Of a stretch of 64,000 bases of DNA, positions 39,301-53,053 are shown in pieces (position 1 is the first letter of the stretch; each line of letters begins with the position of its first letter). Below the pieces are notes generated by a model. The model saw nothing but the letters and a program-made list of their open reading frames with translations, made no database searches and had not been told where the DNA came from. The position numbers and the translations under genes are program-made. Source of the DNA: Azolla caroliniana (taxonomy: Eukaryota > Plantae > Polypodiophyta); NCBI GenBank assembly GCA_043228905.1, contig JBHGNT010000013.1:18910001-18974000 (forward strand), in the 5' to 3' direction.

Positions 39301-39947
39301 CACACGCCAATAACTATCGTTGGATCCTTGCTAGTGAGGACTTTCACCCACATAAAATGGGTTTCTGGGTCTTTCTTTAGTATTTCTAATAATCCTATTA
39401 TGTATCTCTCTCAAAAATAGTATCGCAACCCCTCCAGACCCTCTAGCAATATGTCGACGTGAGGTTTGTCTAAAGACAGATTCCCAATGAAAACCGTCAA
39501 CTTGTGGCAATCCTCGATTTGGGCTCTAATGTGTTTCTACTAAATAAAGTATGTCAAATACCTTCAAAATCTCCTCTAGACGGCCAAGGTGTGTCCAAAG
39601 TGCACTGTTACAGTTTATTGTCTGTCACATGGGCTACACGTCGTCAATTGGCAGCGCGATCATTTATTATCACACGTCCGTCTCGGTAAAAAGCACGATG
39701 CCCCTCTTTACGAGCTTGTATGACTCACGACATACAAGTTTTATGATGCTCAATTTGCATCTTGGTCAGGTTTTCATCGAGGTAGATAGGGTCCCTGCCC
39801 AATCCTCGAAGAATTGGTCTCTTTTTAAAAAATGTGATTCTAGATTCTAAATCCTTAAACTGAAGGACCAAAGCTCTTTTCCTAGTGGTGTCACGTCCTA
39901 CCCTCCAAGTTTTAGTGATTGGTAGGGCTTCGTACCCCAACATTTTC
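36400..39947 (-). mobile_element. LINE, 3' part (ORF1 C-terminus plus decayed ORF2: APE endonuclease, RT, C-terminal CCHC); possibly RTE-X-like
   Basis: RT motifs QVGFRRTFSTIDHIFTL, CFVDFRKAFD, GVKQGCSLS and LLYADD (~37760). C-terminal CHIEIEDEYHFTC. Endonuclease-like LVETH near 39530. ORF1-like WRVGRDTTRKRALVLQF...IYLDENLT at 39725-39945. The 3' end is approximate and the clade call is tentative. Confidence 0.88.
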
Positions 39948-41721
39948 CACAATTTGGCACGCCCGGTTACAGCTGTGAGTGCACAGCGAACTTCGTTGAA
40001 GGTAACCACCAGCCGCCGTTACGGCGCCCTCTCGCACCACGAGGTCTCGGCCACCCGCCCGACGCCCTGAGCCAGTCGAAGGAACTTCCGGCTCGGTGGT
40101 CACTGACCAATCCTTTCCCGATCAATCGGGGGCTTGTCCAGGGCAATCCTCGCTACCGGACACTCGATCGCGAGTTGATTCACCACAAGAACCCCCGTCG
40201 AGCCCTCCGGAGGTCAATCAACCGGAACTAAACCCTTTTCCGGTGCTACCAGAAGACCCACAGTACGACATCATGTCGTACCCATACCCACGATATACCG
40301 ACGGACCAGACGCGGAGTCACACGTCCGTGCCTTCATATCCACGTGGCAGGCTAACCACTCCACGCACCGCCTCACGCCGGCCGAAATCGATGCCTCGAA
40401 GATTGTCGAGTTCACACTCTCCCTCGATGAACCGGCCGCACGATGGTACTCTCGCCTCGAAATAGGAGAGGCCACCACTTTCCAAATCGTGCGCACAAAG
40501 TTCCTTGAACATTTTCATCGCGAGGTGCCTAAATGGGAATTGCTCCGGCAATTCTTCTCTATATGCCAGGAACCGCACGAAACGGTCGCGCAGTTCACGA
40601 TCCGGTTCCAGGATCTCTACAGACAAGTGGTCGATGATGTCTCGGCACAACATATACCAGACACTTTCCTATCCAGTTTACGAGAGCCTCTATGAACGAC
40701 TCTCACACTTACAAATTTCGCCAACCATACTATCGAACAAGTCATAGCGCGCGTTCTCGCCCTCCATCGGAACCGGCACGGCACGGCCTTCTCGATGACA
40801 TCCTTGCAAAACGCTCTTCCCCAAGAGGACAATCGCTTTCGCCAAGCCCTCCAATGCACTGCGTGTTCAGGATCAGGGCACCTGGCCCTCAAATGTCCCC
40901 ATCGACCACAGTGTCCGATCTGTCATTCTCGAGCTCACACGGTCGAGCAGTGCGAATATAATATGCTGAACCGCACAACGGCGGCACCGGTCCGCCAGAT
41001 CGAGCCACGAAATACATACTCTCGACAGGATGAGCGATATATCTACTGAGACCAGGATAACGACCAACCGCGATCCCCGGATCGATGGCGCCGAAACGAC
41101 GACTACCAACGTGATAATCGCCGTGATTATTATCGCGATGACCGGCACGACGATTATGCTCGATACGATGACGATCGCAATGATCGGTATGACCGAAGGA
41201 ACTCACGCATGGATCGGCGAAACGGCAACTGCAACACACGCAACAATAGAAGACCTAATCACAACTGCCGACGGGACGCTCCTCAACATGACCAGCGCAA
41301 CTCCAACGCACCTCGGAACAACCCACCACCAAACGAGACCGAGAATCAACAACAACAGCTTCCACACACAGACTGAGCGGACACCAGCAGCTCAGCCAAT
41401 GTTTTAAATGTAATCAACCAGGCCACTACGCCACGCAATGTCCGACAACCAACCGTGGCAAGGCACTCGCGGTGAACAGTATCATGGCCGATGTTCAAAC
41501 GGTCACTACCCAGAGTAAAGCGCAGACTACTCAGTGGCAAATCCAGGATGACGTACGACAAGCAGCAAAAGAATGGGTCGACACGGCCAATAAAAATAAT
41601 GCCGCACGCATGCAAACTGACATGAGGGACGGGCCCAGTGAAGTACCACAAACCCCGGCACCATCCACGTCGTCGGAGGACGACCAGCTATGGGATGTTC
41701 TTACCAACTCCCGCATCTCGC

Positions 41722-41801
41722 TATCGCGTTGCTACGCGCGTGCGTGGAGAACGAGGAGGGACCACTAGGGTCTTGGACCGAGGAATAGGTGAGGAAGCGA
41801 A

Positions 41802-41848
<47 letters not shown>

Positions 41849-44800
41849 GCTCACACACGGATAGACAAAGAAGCGCGCGGGAACGCAGCCCAACCAACAC
41901 AAGAGACGCAAGTCGGGCAGGAGATAGAGTATAAGAACGCGTATAAAAGTATATGTATGCAGATGACTCGAACGGTTACAACCGATCAGGTCAGCGAGAC
42001 GGGTGTCGACGCCTGATCACCCACGCACACAAGGGAGCACGATGGGATTCTGTCGGAAGCACACAGGCGTTCCACGGAGCAGAATCAGCCTCTCGAGAAC
42101 CTGTGTAAAGAAAGCTATGGGGAACGACAGAGGAGAAGAGCTCGGTCCCAGTCCGACAGCACTTCGTCCCCTCTAGTGCGCGATGCCCCTCTCCCCCTCG
42201 TCTCCCTCTCTTTTATAGCTCAAGGAGGGAGGCCGTTTCACCCGTTTACATCACATTAATTCTCTGTCCTTTTGGACAGAGATACTCCTTGATTTCCCCT
42301 TTAGAATATTGCTACCTAGGATTTAACCCTTGCGCCTACCTATCTACTTTACGACAAGGGACGTGCCCACGTGTAAGGGCCCGTTCACACACACTATACA
42401 CGGTTTGCGCCTGGGGACGGTTTTCTTCACGACATCCGCCCCCACCTAACCGCGCATCCACCGGTATACGCCAAAATTGGGTTCCTACTTGGAGAAAACC
42501 GGTCCTTGCTTTTATTCCTCGTTTACCGGTTCATCCTCCGCCTCGGGCTACTCGTCGTCGTTGTCCATGCCCCCTAGCCTCGGCTCCCCGTCGTGCCGTT
42601 TCTTGAACACTTTGATCCTCTTCCCCGTTACCGGTATCGCCATTCTCGTACCGTCGAGCTCCGCGAGATGCTACGTCCCATTGCCGTTGGCGCCTGTTAC
42701 TACGTAAGGCCCGAACCACCTCCTCGCAAACTTCCGCGTGGCCCTGTGCTGATTGTCGAGGCTGTTGTCGTAGACTAGCACCCAGTCGCCTTCCTCGATC
42801 TTCCTTCGCCGGAGCCGGTGTGTTCGGTCGAACCGGGCTTTGTTCCTTACCCTCGCTACCCGAAATTTCTCCGCGGCTCACTCTACGTCCTCCGGCCTCC
42901 GCTCGAGCTGTCGAATCCGCGCCGCCAACAGTTCCTCCCAGCTCATCTCATCCCTCCAGTCCACCGTGGCCCACGAGGAGATCATTCGCTCTGTTGGCAT
43001 GATCAGCTTCTGTCTGAACATCAGCTCGGCCGGCATGAACCCGGTTACCGAACTGTGCGTAGTCCGGTCCGCCCACAAGGCATAAGGTAGTAGCCGTGGC
43101 CAGTCCCCGACTCGGCCTCCACACGCCCGTACTAGCGCTTTGACAATTGGCCCGTGTCTGCGCTCCACCTTCCCGTTCGCCTCCGGATTGTACGCTATGG
43201 TGAGCGAAAGTTTGACTCCTAGCCGGTCGAACAGCTCTTCGGCCTCTTCTGCGTCCAACTCACCACGGTCAGCCACGATCTTCCCTACGCACCCGTATCG
43301 GCATACTACGTCCTCAATCAAAAACCGGCACACGGCTGCCGTCGTCTTGTTCAGCAGGGCTCGACCTTCAACCTGGTTCGTTAGATCTTCCCGAGCCAGC
43401 ACCAGATACCACATCTGTCCTACCCCCATTGGCATCGTCACCAAATCTACCATCCATTTGAAGTGGACAGTCGGAGGGTAGGTCGGGTGAAGCTAGTCCC
43501 GATGTCGGATCATGGAGTGCACCTGACAGCTTTCGCAGGTCGTCACGAACTGATGCACGTCCCGGTATAGTCCCTACCACCAGTACTTCCCCTTTAGCTT
43601 TTCGAACGTGGCCCACGTTCCACGATGTCCAGCCCACGAGCTATCGTGGTATGCCACCAGCAAATCCTCCTGATCCTCCTTCGCCACCACTCGGAGCGGG
43701 ATGTCGTTCCTCTTCTTCGGGTGCTTCCAGATGTATCCGTCCCGGAGAAAGAATCGGTAGGCTTTCTTCCGAATACGGTTGGCCTCGTCCGTTGTCCATG
43801 CCGCGTCCGGTGTCATTGTTTTCAGGAACCCGTCGATCTGCAGCCACTCCCCATCGTACTTGCTCTCGTCGAAGTCGTTAAATGTTGGAGAGTGTTCCCC
43901 ATTGGTTGTCACGTAAGCCGCCTCGAAGAAGTCCACGCCGACTTCCTCGTCCTCTGAAACCATGCCGCCGTCGTTTTCGAACCTCGCCCTTGAAAGCATG
44001 TCGGCCATGGCGTTGTCTTTCCCGGAAATGTGTCGTATTTCCGGATTCAGGGACTTGATGTATGCTATCCACCTGAGCATTGCCAGGTCCGGTGTTGCGC
44101 ATCCGGAAACCATGCCAAGAATTGGCAGGCAGTCCGTCTCGATAATTACCTCTGCCCCGATCAGGTAGTCTTTATTGGCCTTTGCCGCTGAAACGATACC
44201 CCAAAGCTCGCGTTTAACCTGGGCGTATCCTCGTTGTCGCTCGCTGAGGACCTTCGCACCGAACCGGATCGGGGAACGCATGCCGTCCTTGTCCTCCTGG
44301 TTGACGACCCATCCGATCCCGGTCAGACTCGTGTCTACCGTTACGTAAATTGGAGTGCTCTTTCCGTAGACAGCCTTTCGGAGCGCCAGAGCCGCGGCAA
44401 GTGCTTCCTTCATCTTCCGAACAGACTCCGTATGCTCGTCTCTCCACTCGAATCTTCGCCCCTTTTCCAGCAACCCGTATAACGGCTCCACGACGTGAGC
44501 GTAATGCGGGATCCATATGTGGTAGAATGCGCACGCTCCCAAGAACCTCCAAACCTCCGTGACCGAGCTACTGTCGTTCTTCATCGCGGAGATGGCTTCT
44601 ACCTTAGCCAGAGACGGTTTCCGGCCGTACAGCCCGCATAGGTGTCCGACGACCATTATCTCTGATTGCCCGAAGGCCGACTTTCCCAAGAGAAGGTGAG
44701 CCTCGCGCCCTCCAACCTCTGCAACACCTTCTCGTAGTCATCGATGTGCGTCGCCATGAATTTCTGGCATCCGTCCGGTCCGATCGCCTCGTCCCTTTCC

Positions 44801-47800
44801 TCCACCGGGCATCCCTTGATTGGGACGTCGTCCAAAAACGGCATGGTGATGTCTGGGATACAATCCCTCAGCACCTTGTTCATTGCGTTCACCATGTGAG
44901 CCACCAAGTTCGTCCCTCCTTGCGGCAGGGTACACATTCATACTAGGCCGAGAGGAGTTCGCATTGTCGTGATATCTCTGCTCTCCACGGCAAGCTGGAA
45001 CTGATCGTACCCCGAGTAGAGATGATCGACCGAGTAAATCGACCTTCCGGCGAAGGCCTCCGCAAACTCGTCTATTGTCGGTCCGATTCCTGCGTTTCGA
45101 ATGGTCACCTTGTTGACCGGCTGCAGGTCTAAAATAAAGCGCAGCGTGCCGTCCTTCTTCGGCACGGTAAACCACCAATTCGAGTATGGGGCACTCGACG
45201 GTTCGAGGATTCCCATCTTGACCTTTTGCTTTAACAGCTCCATCAGCTTCGGGATGTGAGCTCTAGGTACTGGAATCGGTTTGAGACTCCACGGCATGTG
45301 CGGTACCGTGAATATCACCATCGGTTCTACGACCGTCGGGTCTACGCACTCGATCTCCTCTGGTGAGAATGCGAAAGCCTTCTCGTGCCTTCCGAGCATT
45401 TCCCGAAAACGGTCCTCTTCTGCCAACAGTAGGAAGCCGCCCCCACCGATTTTGAGCTCGCGCAACGTTATGTCGGTGAACGTGTGTCCTATGCGGGCCG
45501 GATTTCGTAAACTCGGGTCCAACGCAACCCCCTTTATTCACAACTCGCTGCCCTCCGGCAAGGGAGCCGCGACTGGCCTCACCTTCCGGTCCACAGTCTT
45601 GTATCTCGTGTCCACCCGGGCCGTCCGACCCGACTCGAGCCCTCTACTGAAGTCCGCGATGACTTCGTACACCCTTTCCGAACATACCCGAATCGTTCAG
45701 TCCTCTTTAAGGACTCCTCCGACTACCTCTCGCAGCTCCCCCAAGGTATCGTCGAAAGAGACCGTCTCCACGGCTCCGTTGATTTCCTCTCCAAGGCCGA
45801 GGACGCCACATGCCCGAAGTCACTCCTCCGCCCTTTTCTTCTTCCGTCCAACAACGTCAACTATCGTACACCCTCCGTTGTCGGAGAACCAAAATTTCCT
45901 ACTTATAGTACAGGGTTTCTTCGCTATCTTACACTTGTGGGGTTCTCCCGGAGTGTCCGGACTATCGCGGCCCCACGCCTTGATAGCCCTCTTCAAAACT
46001 CCTCCCGGCTCTCGCCCCCGAGGGTCTCGCGGTTCCTCTAATGGTTCGGTCTCACCGTCAGGAACTGGACCGAGTGGCGCCCATCCTGGCTCTTGACCCT
46101 TGCATAGGCCGAGCCGTTGTCCAGCACCTTGGTCTCCATTCGTGCTGCCGTGATGTACGGTTCTCCGAGTATAACTGGATGTGAGGACGTCTCTTATACG
46201 AAGAAGTGCTGGTCAATCTCGACATCGTCGATCTTTACTCGTACATTCGGGCAGGCTCCACGCAGTTCCTCGGTGGCACGCGTTGCCGCCCGTATTTTCC
46301 ACCCGTGCTTGGTGTTGATCGGCCATTTCCCCTTCTTATAGAAGTCCATGGACATCAAATTGATTTCCGAACCGTGGTCCACCAACGCCACCACCGGTTC
46401 ATGAACATCTTTGATCTTCACGGGGGTCTCCGTGGTCGCTCTGGCCCAGTGCGGCCTCGAATAGTGGCTCTCTACCAACTCGTCTTCTAGCGCCATGTCC
46501 TCTATGTGCGTCGTCCGCACCTCCACCGGCTTCTCCAGTTTTGTCTCCATCGACAGCCTCTTCCTCTTCACCAAGTCTACGATGGAGTCGTGGAACTCCT
46601 TCTTGGCGATCCCGAGCACTTCCCTCAGCGATAGCTCCACCTTGCTGTCGAGGATTCGTTCTTCCAGGACCTTTCGCAGGTCCGTGGATCTTTCGATTTC
46701 TGTGCCCAGCCGGTACCAGCCCTTCTTGGGATTATCCTAGGCGCTGGTTACAACGGCCTCATTCCGTCTTTGCCCGAATCGAGTTTCATATCGCTGCGAG
46801 GGCCCGGCCCCTCCGGTTTTCCCTACCCGTTATTCCTCCACCAGAGCCTTGTAGTTCTGACAAGCGGCTTCGACGAAGCCCGTCTTTTCTTCCACTGGGT
46901 CACTCCACCCGGTTACCTCCCGGACCCGTTTTTCCGCACGGTCCACCTTTTCTTTCCTCAGCCGTGCGCCGGCGACGCCTTCCAGCATCGTCAGTCAGAA
47001 CCCGGCTTTGTTCGTCTTTGGGGCCTCGCCTCCTCCGACCCGAATACCAGCTGATGCCGAGTAGTGGACGGTCTCCGCGTGACGAGCCGCCGCCTCCTCC
47101 ATCAGCCTTTTCATACCCCCTCGCCCGACGTTCAGGTTCAGGGCCCTCCGGGTCTCGCTGACGTGCACCTGACCGTTCCACAGGTACACCACGTTGCTTC
47201 TCATCGCCTCGGCGAAGTCCCCGCAGTCCTTTCGGATGTGCCCAACCGCATCACACCACATGCACCTGTTTTCAGCCAGAGGTCGTTGGTCACGGGCCTG
47301 TTCGCCACCATCCCTCCGTGCCTGGGCGATCTGGAGATCCCTTACCATCCGTGTCAGCTCCTCCAGAGCTGCTCCCCCAGACGAGCCCTTGACCACGTCG
47401 GTTGAAGCCGACCCGGTCTCGAGCCAATCTCGGGTCTCTTCCCTTCGCGTTGGTGGTGTTGGTTCGAGCTTCTTTGCTGCGACAGAGCCCGCCCCCGTCG
47501 ATCCTTTGTCAACCCATTCCCGCCATTTGTCGAAACGGCCACAGACCCTTTTCACCACGGCCCAGTCGGCCGTCAGCCCGTCATCAGTCTCCAATAGGAG
47601 GCCTACCTGCTCTCGATCCCGCTCGTCAACCGACTTAACAAACAATAGGACACAGCTTGTGTCCAGAACGGTCCGGTCAAGCCCCGAGAGGCGCGCGAAG
47701 CGTTCCTCAAACTCCCGAAGGAGCACTGACGTGTTCCTTCCTTTGTGGGGGGTCTCCACCCACTCCATGAAGTCCCGCTTCGAAAGTCGAAGCGCATCTT

Positions 47801-48857
47801 CGAGCCCGTATCTTTCGAGGAGCCGACCTTCGAACTCCTCCCAGATCCGGCTCTCGGCCCGTACCTCGAGCACCTCCGTATGGATACCCGGCATCGCCAC
47901 TCGAGGGAATCCGGCTAGATGCCTCTCTTCCGGAATGTCCCTCATTACCATCTCAACCCGGTAGGACGCCAAGTAGCTCGTGGCATCCTTTCCACTAAAC
48001 CGGCCGATTGTACAGACAACCGCCTCGATAGCCCTATCAAGGGCGCCGGTGCCTTCGCGCGCACTCACTATACGGTCTACAGCCGAAGCCATGGCTTCTG
48101 CAAGGTTCGACCCCCTTATCTTCTACTCCTCTGCCGCCTGTTCACGTCGGGTTCACCAAATATGTCGCATTGCTACGCGCGTGCGTGGAGAACGAGGCGG
48201 GACCACTAGGGTCTTGGACCGAGGAATAGGTGAGGAAGCGAAAGGAGAGAGAGAGAGAGAGAGAGAGACACGCTCACACACGGATAGACAAAGAAGCGTG
48301 CGGGAACGCAACCCAACCAACACAAGAGACGCAAGTCGGGCAGGAGATAGAGTATAAGAACGCGTATAAAAGTATATGTATGCAGATGACTCGAACGGTT
48401 ACAGCCGATCAGGTCGGCGAGACGGGTGTCGACACTTGATCACCCACGCACACAGAGGAGCAAGATGGGATTCTGCCGGAAGCACATAGGCGTTCCACGA
48501 AGCAGAATCAGCCTCTCGAGAACCTGCGTAAAGAAAGCTATGGGGAACGACAGAGGAGAAGAGCTCGGTCCCAGTCCGACAGCACTTCGTCCCCTCTAGT
48601 GCGCGATGCCCCTCTCCCCCTCGTCTCCCTCTCTTTTATAGCTCAAGGAGGGAGGCCGTTTCACCCATTTACATCACATTAATTCCCTGTCCTTTCGGAC
48701 AAAGATACTCCTCGATTTCCCCTTTAGAATATTGCTACCTAGGATTTAACCCTTGCGCCTACCTATCTACTTTACGACAAGGGACGTGCCCACGTGTAAG
48801 GGCCGGTTCACACACACTATACACGGTTTGCGCCTAGGGACGGTTTTCTTCACGACA
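41722..48857 (-). mobile_element. Nested Ty3/gypsy element with tRNA-Trp PBS (Phygy/fungal-type pol), decayed ORFs
   Basis: LTRs 41722-42434 and 48163-48857, each containing (GA)n. 4-bp TSD TCGC/TCGT. PPT AGGTGGGGGCGGA next to 42434. Gag 48092-46995, protease ALVDHGSEINLM, RT (FTVPKKDGTLRFILDLQPVNK, LYSGYDQF, LPQGGTN, PFLDD), RNase H and integrase (AGHRG, YNPEANGKVER). Confidence 0.95.
48141..48158 (-). promoter_or_regulatory. PBS complementary to the 3' end of tRNA-Trp
   Basis: The plus strand reads TTCACGTCGGGTTCACCA, matching my recollection of the plant cytosolic tRNA-Trp 3' end plus CCA. It lies 4 nt from the LTR. Confidence 0.8.
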
Positions 48858-51800
48858 TCGTTGCCCCTACATAAACTGCTACCACTCATGCCGAGATTTC
48901 GAGACACCCTGGCGGCACTCCAAGCCAATACTAAGGCCGTGACACCACCAGTACACCTCACCGAAGCAAGAACCGGTCCACCACTCATGGATTCTCAGAA
49001 CCCAACTGTGCGAATCATCATTAAGGGACAAGACTTGCACGGATGCATCATCGACGGCGGATCCGGCGTAAACGTTATTAGCGAGTCAACGTGTCTCAAC
49101 CTAGGCTTGAATCAATGGGAGCCATGCCCCTTTTGGCTTCGGATGGCCGACACCCGCTCCGTTCGCCCCATTGGTTTAATCCGCCATCTCGACTTCACAC
49201 TCGGAGGCCACATGTTCACGATCTCGGCCGTCATGCTACGACTGGAGACACAAGGCACCTACCCAATGTTACTAGGTCGACCATGGTTGTGTACAGCGAA
49301 TATCAAGCAACATTGGCAATGCAATATGATCTCGTTCCGAAGAGGAAAGACAAAAATCCGAATCATCACTGAAGAACGAGTCCCCGTCGCCCTCAACACT
49401 TTGCCATTATACGCGGAAGGGGTCCATATGCTCGACGAGTTGGCCGATGAGGAGGTCGATGACTTCCTAGAGGATCACCCCACGATCATCCCTCTCTTCG
49501 AAATCAATGCCTTACCAACCATCGAGCCATCTAAAAACGAGGAAGTCACGGAGGAGTCACCACCCCAGGATGAACCAGATGCAACCACAGTTGCCGAGCT
49601 ACGTCATGCTAGGGAGGCTTTCGAACGCGAAATCGCCATTTCACAACGAGTGAAAGAATCAACCCTGGAAACAATAAACCTCGGTTCGGACGAGAATCCC
49701 CGTACGGTACAAATTGCCAATAATCTACCAACCGGCGAACAGGCATGCCTCGTAAAATTACTCACCGACTACAAGGATGTTTTCGCTTGGTCTTACACCG
49801 ATATGAAGGGGTTGGATCCTCAATACTACCAACATCAAATTCACATCTTACCCGACACTCGGCCGGTTCAGCAGAGGCGCTACAGGATGAACCCCAACTA
49901 CGCCGCTAAAGTCAAAGAGGAAATTGACAAACTACTCCGAGTGGGCTTCATTCGCCCTGTTAAATGGGCTACATGGTTGAGCCCGATCATAGTAGTCCCA
50001 AAAAAGAACGGAAAAATCCGCGTCTGCGTCGACTATCGGAAGCTTAACGCGGCAACAGTCACCGACGGTTTCCCTCTCCCATTCACGGATAGCGTCCTCG
50101 ACACGGTAGCCGGCCACGAATGCTACAATTTCCTCGACGGGTTCAGCGGCTATAACCAGATAAGAATGCACCCGGAGGATCAGGAGAAAACCGCTTTCGT
50201 CACGGAATGGGGTGTTTTTGTAGCAGAAGTTATGATGTTCGGTCTAAAAACGGCGCCGGCTACGTTCCAGCGCATCATCACCGAAATCTTTCATGACTAC
50301 ATCCCGGCATTCATGCAAGTCTTTCTCGATGATTTCGCCGTGTATGGCCATCGACAGGAACACATGAACCAGTTACGACTCTGCCTGGACCGATGTCGCC
50401 AAGCTCGATTGAGTTTAAACCCGGCGAAATGCGCGTTCTTAGTCACCAGCGGCAACCTTCTCTGCCACATTGTCAGTCAAGAAGGCATCGCTATGGACCC
50501 AGATAAAGTAAAGGCAATCCTGAATGCCACCGCACCCTCGAACGTTAAGGCACTAAGCCGTTTTTTGGGACAGATCCGGTGGCACAGCCGAATGATACGA
50601 CACCTGGCCGATTTCGTGACACCCTTACACGCGGCAGTCCATCGCCTTCCTTTCCAATGGACGTCAGTCGAGGACACGGCCTATCAGACCCTGAAATGAA
50701 TGTTGTCACATGCCCCGGTGGTCCAGTCTCCGGTTTGGTCCAAACCGTTTCATGTCTTCGTAGATGCTTCAGACATCGCCATCGGAAGTGCCCTAATGCA
50801 ATGCACACCCCCGAATTGGTATAGGGCCGTGTACTACGCCAGCCGATAGCTCTCGACCGCGGAAAAGAATTACTCCACCACCGAGCGGGAGGCCCTCGGT
50901 ATGATTTATAACATCAATAAATTTCGGCATTATCTCTTGGGCCGAAAATTTACCTTTCACGTGGATCACTCGGCCCTTCTTTATTTGTCAATAAATAAGC
51001 CCTCACCGGACGGTTGGCTTGGTGGATGCTCCTACTACAAGAGTTTGATTTTCAGATTCAGCATCGACCCGGGGTACAACATGCCGTCGCTGACTACTTG
51101 AGCCGTCTTGAGTCAGGAGAACCGGCAAAAACAACGTACGACGAGCTACCGGACGCCAGCCTATTTAACCTGACCACGGTACCAGACGATAACGGAGATG
51201 AATGGATCACGGAGATGACCCATTTTCTCACTACCGGTGTACCTCCCGAGCACATGACCCTTGACACGAGAAAACGCCTAGCAGTGCATAGCCGGAATTT
51301 TTGCCTCGTCTCGGACATTCTCTACCACAAAGGCTCGGACGGCATATGGCGTCGAGCGATTCGGCAATTCGACAAGAACACCGTTCTTCAGGAAGCCCAC
51401 CAGGGAGTAGTCGGGGGACACTACGTCGGGGATTCCATGGCAAGGAAAGTTTGGCAAAGTGGATTATGGTGGCCGACAACGAAGAAAGACGCTCACGAGT
51501 TTTGCCAGCAGTGCAATTTGTGCCAACGTCTGGGGCAACCAATGGAACAGTCACGGATGCCACACCAGCCGATTCTTCCGTTGGACCCATTTCAAAAATG
51601 GGGTTTGGATTGTGTAGGCCCTTTCAAACCACCCGCGGCCCGAACAGGGAATAGGTATATTATCGTTGCCACAGATTACTGCACCAAATGGGTCGAGGCT
51701 AAGACACTTCGAGATAACACAGCGGCATCCACGGCTAAATTTGTGAACGAGCACCTCTGGTGCCGTTATTGATGTCCAATTGAGCTCGTTAGTGACCAAG

Positions 51801-52540
51801 GTGGGCACTTCATCAATCATATAATACGTGAGCTTACACACCACTACGCGGTGGTGCACAAGAAAAGCACACCATACTACCCGCAGGCGAACGGCTTGGC
51901 AGAATCGACCAATAAAATCCTCCAAACCATACTGAAGAAGATCGTCAATGAAAACAGGACCGATTGGGATGACAAACTCCAGAGCGCGTTGTGGGCGTAT
52001 CGTACGACTTTCAAAACAAGCATCCAATCGACCCCCTTTCGAATGGCGTTCGGGTTAGAAGCCGTAATGCCCGTCGAGTTCCAAGTCCCGAGCCTCCGAG
52101 TTCAAGTCAAAGCACGGCTCCCCGAGGCCGAATCCGAGCAATACCGACTGGAACAACTCCTCAAACTCGGGGAAGATAGGATAGAGAGTATGGCCCAGCT
52201 CGAACAACGCCAACGGCAACGCAAGGCTTTCGTGGATCGACATCGACATGGGCTGGAGAAGGAGCTCACCATCGGCAAACCAGTTCTTCTTTTCCAAACA
52301 CGACTCGGGTCAATGCCGGGAAAATTAAGATTTCGGTGGACCGGTCCATTCTGAATTATCGACGAGTTCAACGGGACGTTCCAGCTCGGCACACTCACCG
52401 GCGACACGGTCAAAAGCTGGGCCAATGGTTTTCTACTTCAACCATATCGAGGGACTACACCACCCAACCCGTTTACCGAGCCACACAGCACAAACAAGAC
52501 TCGGGAGATCACCACGAAGGACGCCACGTGTCCCCGTGAA
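48858..52540 (+). pseudogene. pol (PR-RT-RH-INT) of the Athila/Tat-like host element
   Basis: ORFs 48753-50699, 50901-51101, 51014-51772 and 51851-52354 carry gypsy pol motifs, with stops and one frameshift near 50990. Confidence 0.92.
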
Positions 52541-53053
52541 TAAGGACTCACCCACCTTCTTGAAATTAATAAAAGTAGTAGTAGGTAGGATTAACCATAG
52601 TTTAGCCACTGATTAGCTACACCTACACCACCCACCTAAGCACCCACAATTTTAGGAGCACCACTCAGTTAGTACCTATTTAAGTTGTTCACACATGCAA
52701 AGCACTAGAAGCACCCCACTCACCTTCAGGACACGTGGTGCTAGTCACTTATTATGGCACCCACGACTCAGAATCTTCAGGATTCGCTTCAGGCACAAAA
52801 TCCTAGGAAAAAGTTACTAAAACTGTTTCCAAAACGCAGCACAGACCATTATCGCTCCCCATCTCCATCTCGCTCAAGATCAGAAACCCCGTCTCGCCCT
52901 CATCACGCTAAGCGCTCTTGCTCTCAAGCCCTCTTTCGCTCTCATAACCTCTCTGTTGGACTTCCCCTTCCTGTTGTTCCTCCTGTGGCTCACCCTCGCC
53001 TCATCACTTTGCTTCACGCTTCCACACAGTCGAACCCCGTCTCCATCTCCACC

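Noticed and set aside
41395-41415. TTTTAAAT as a programmed -1 gag/pol frameshift site
   Set aside because: The knuckle CFKC...H...C already starts in the pol frame before this motif. The frame change lies upstream and is more likely a mutational indel.
48141-48158. tRNA-Trp gene
   Set aside because: Only the 18-nt 3' end with CCA is present, adjacent to an LTR, so it is a PBS.
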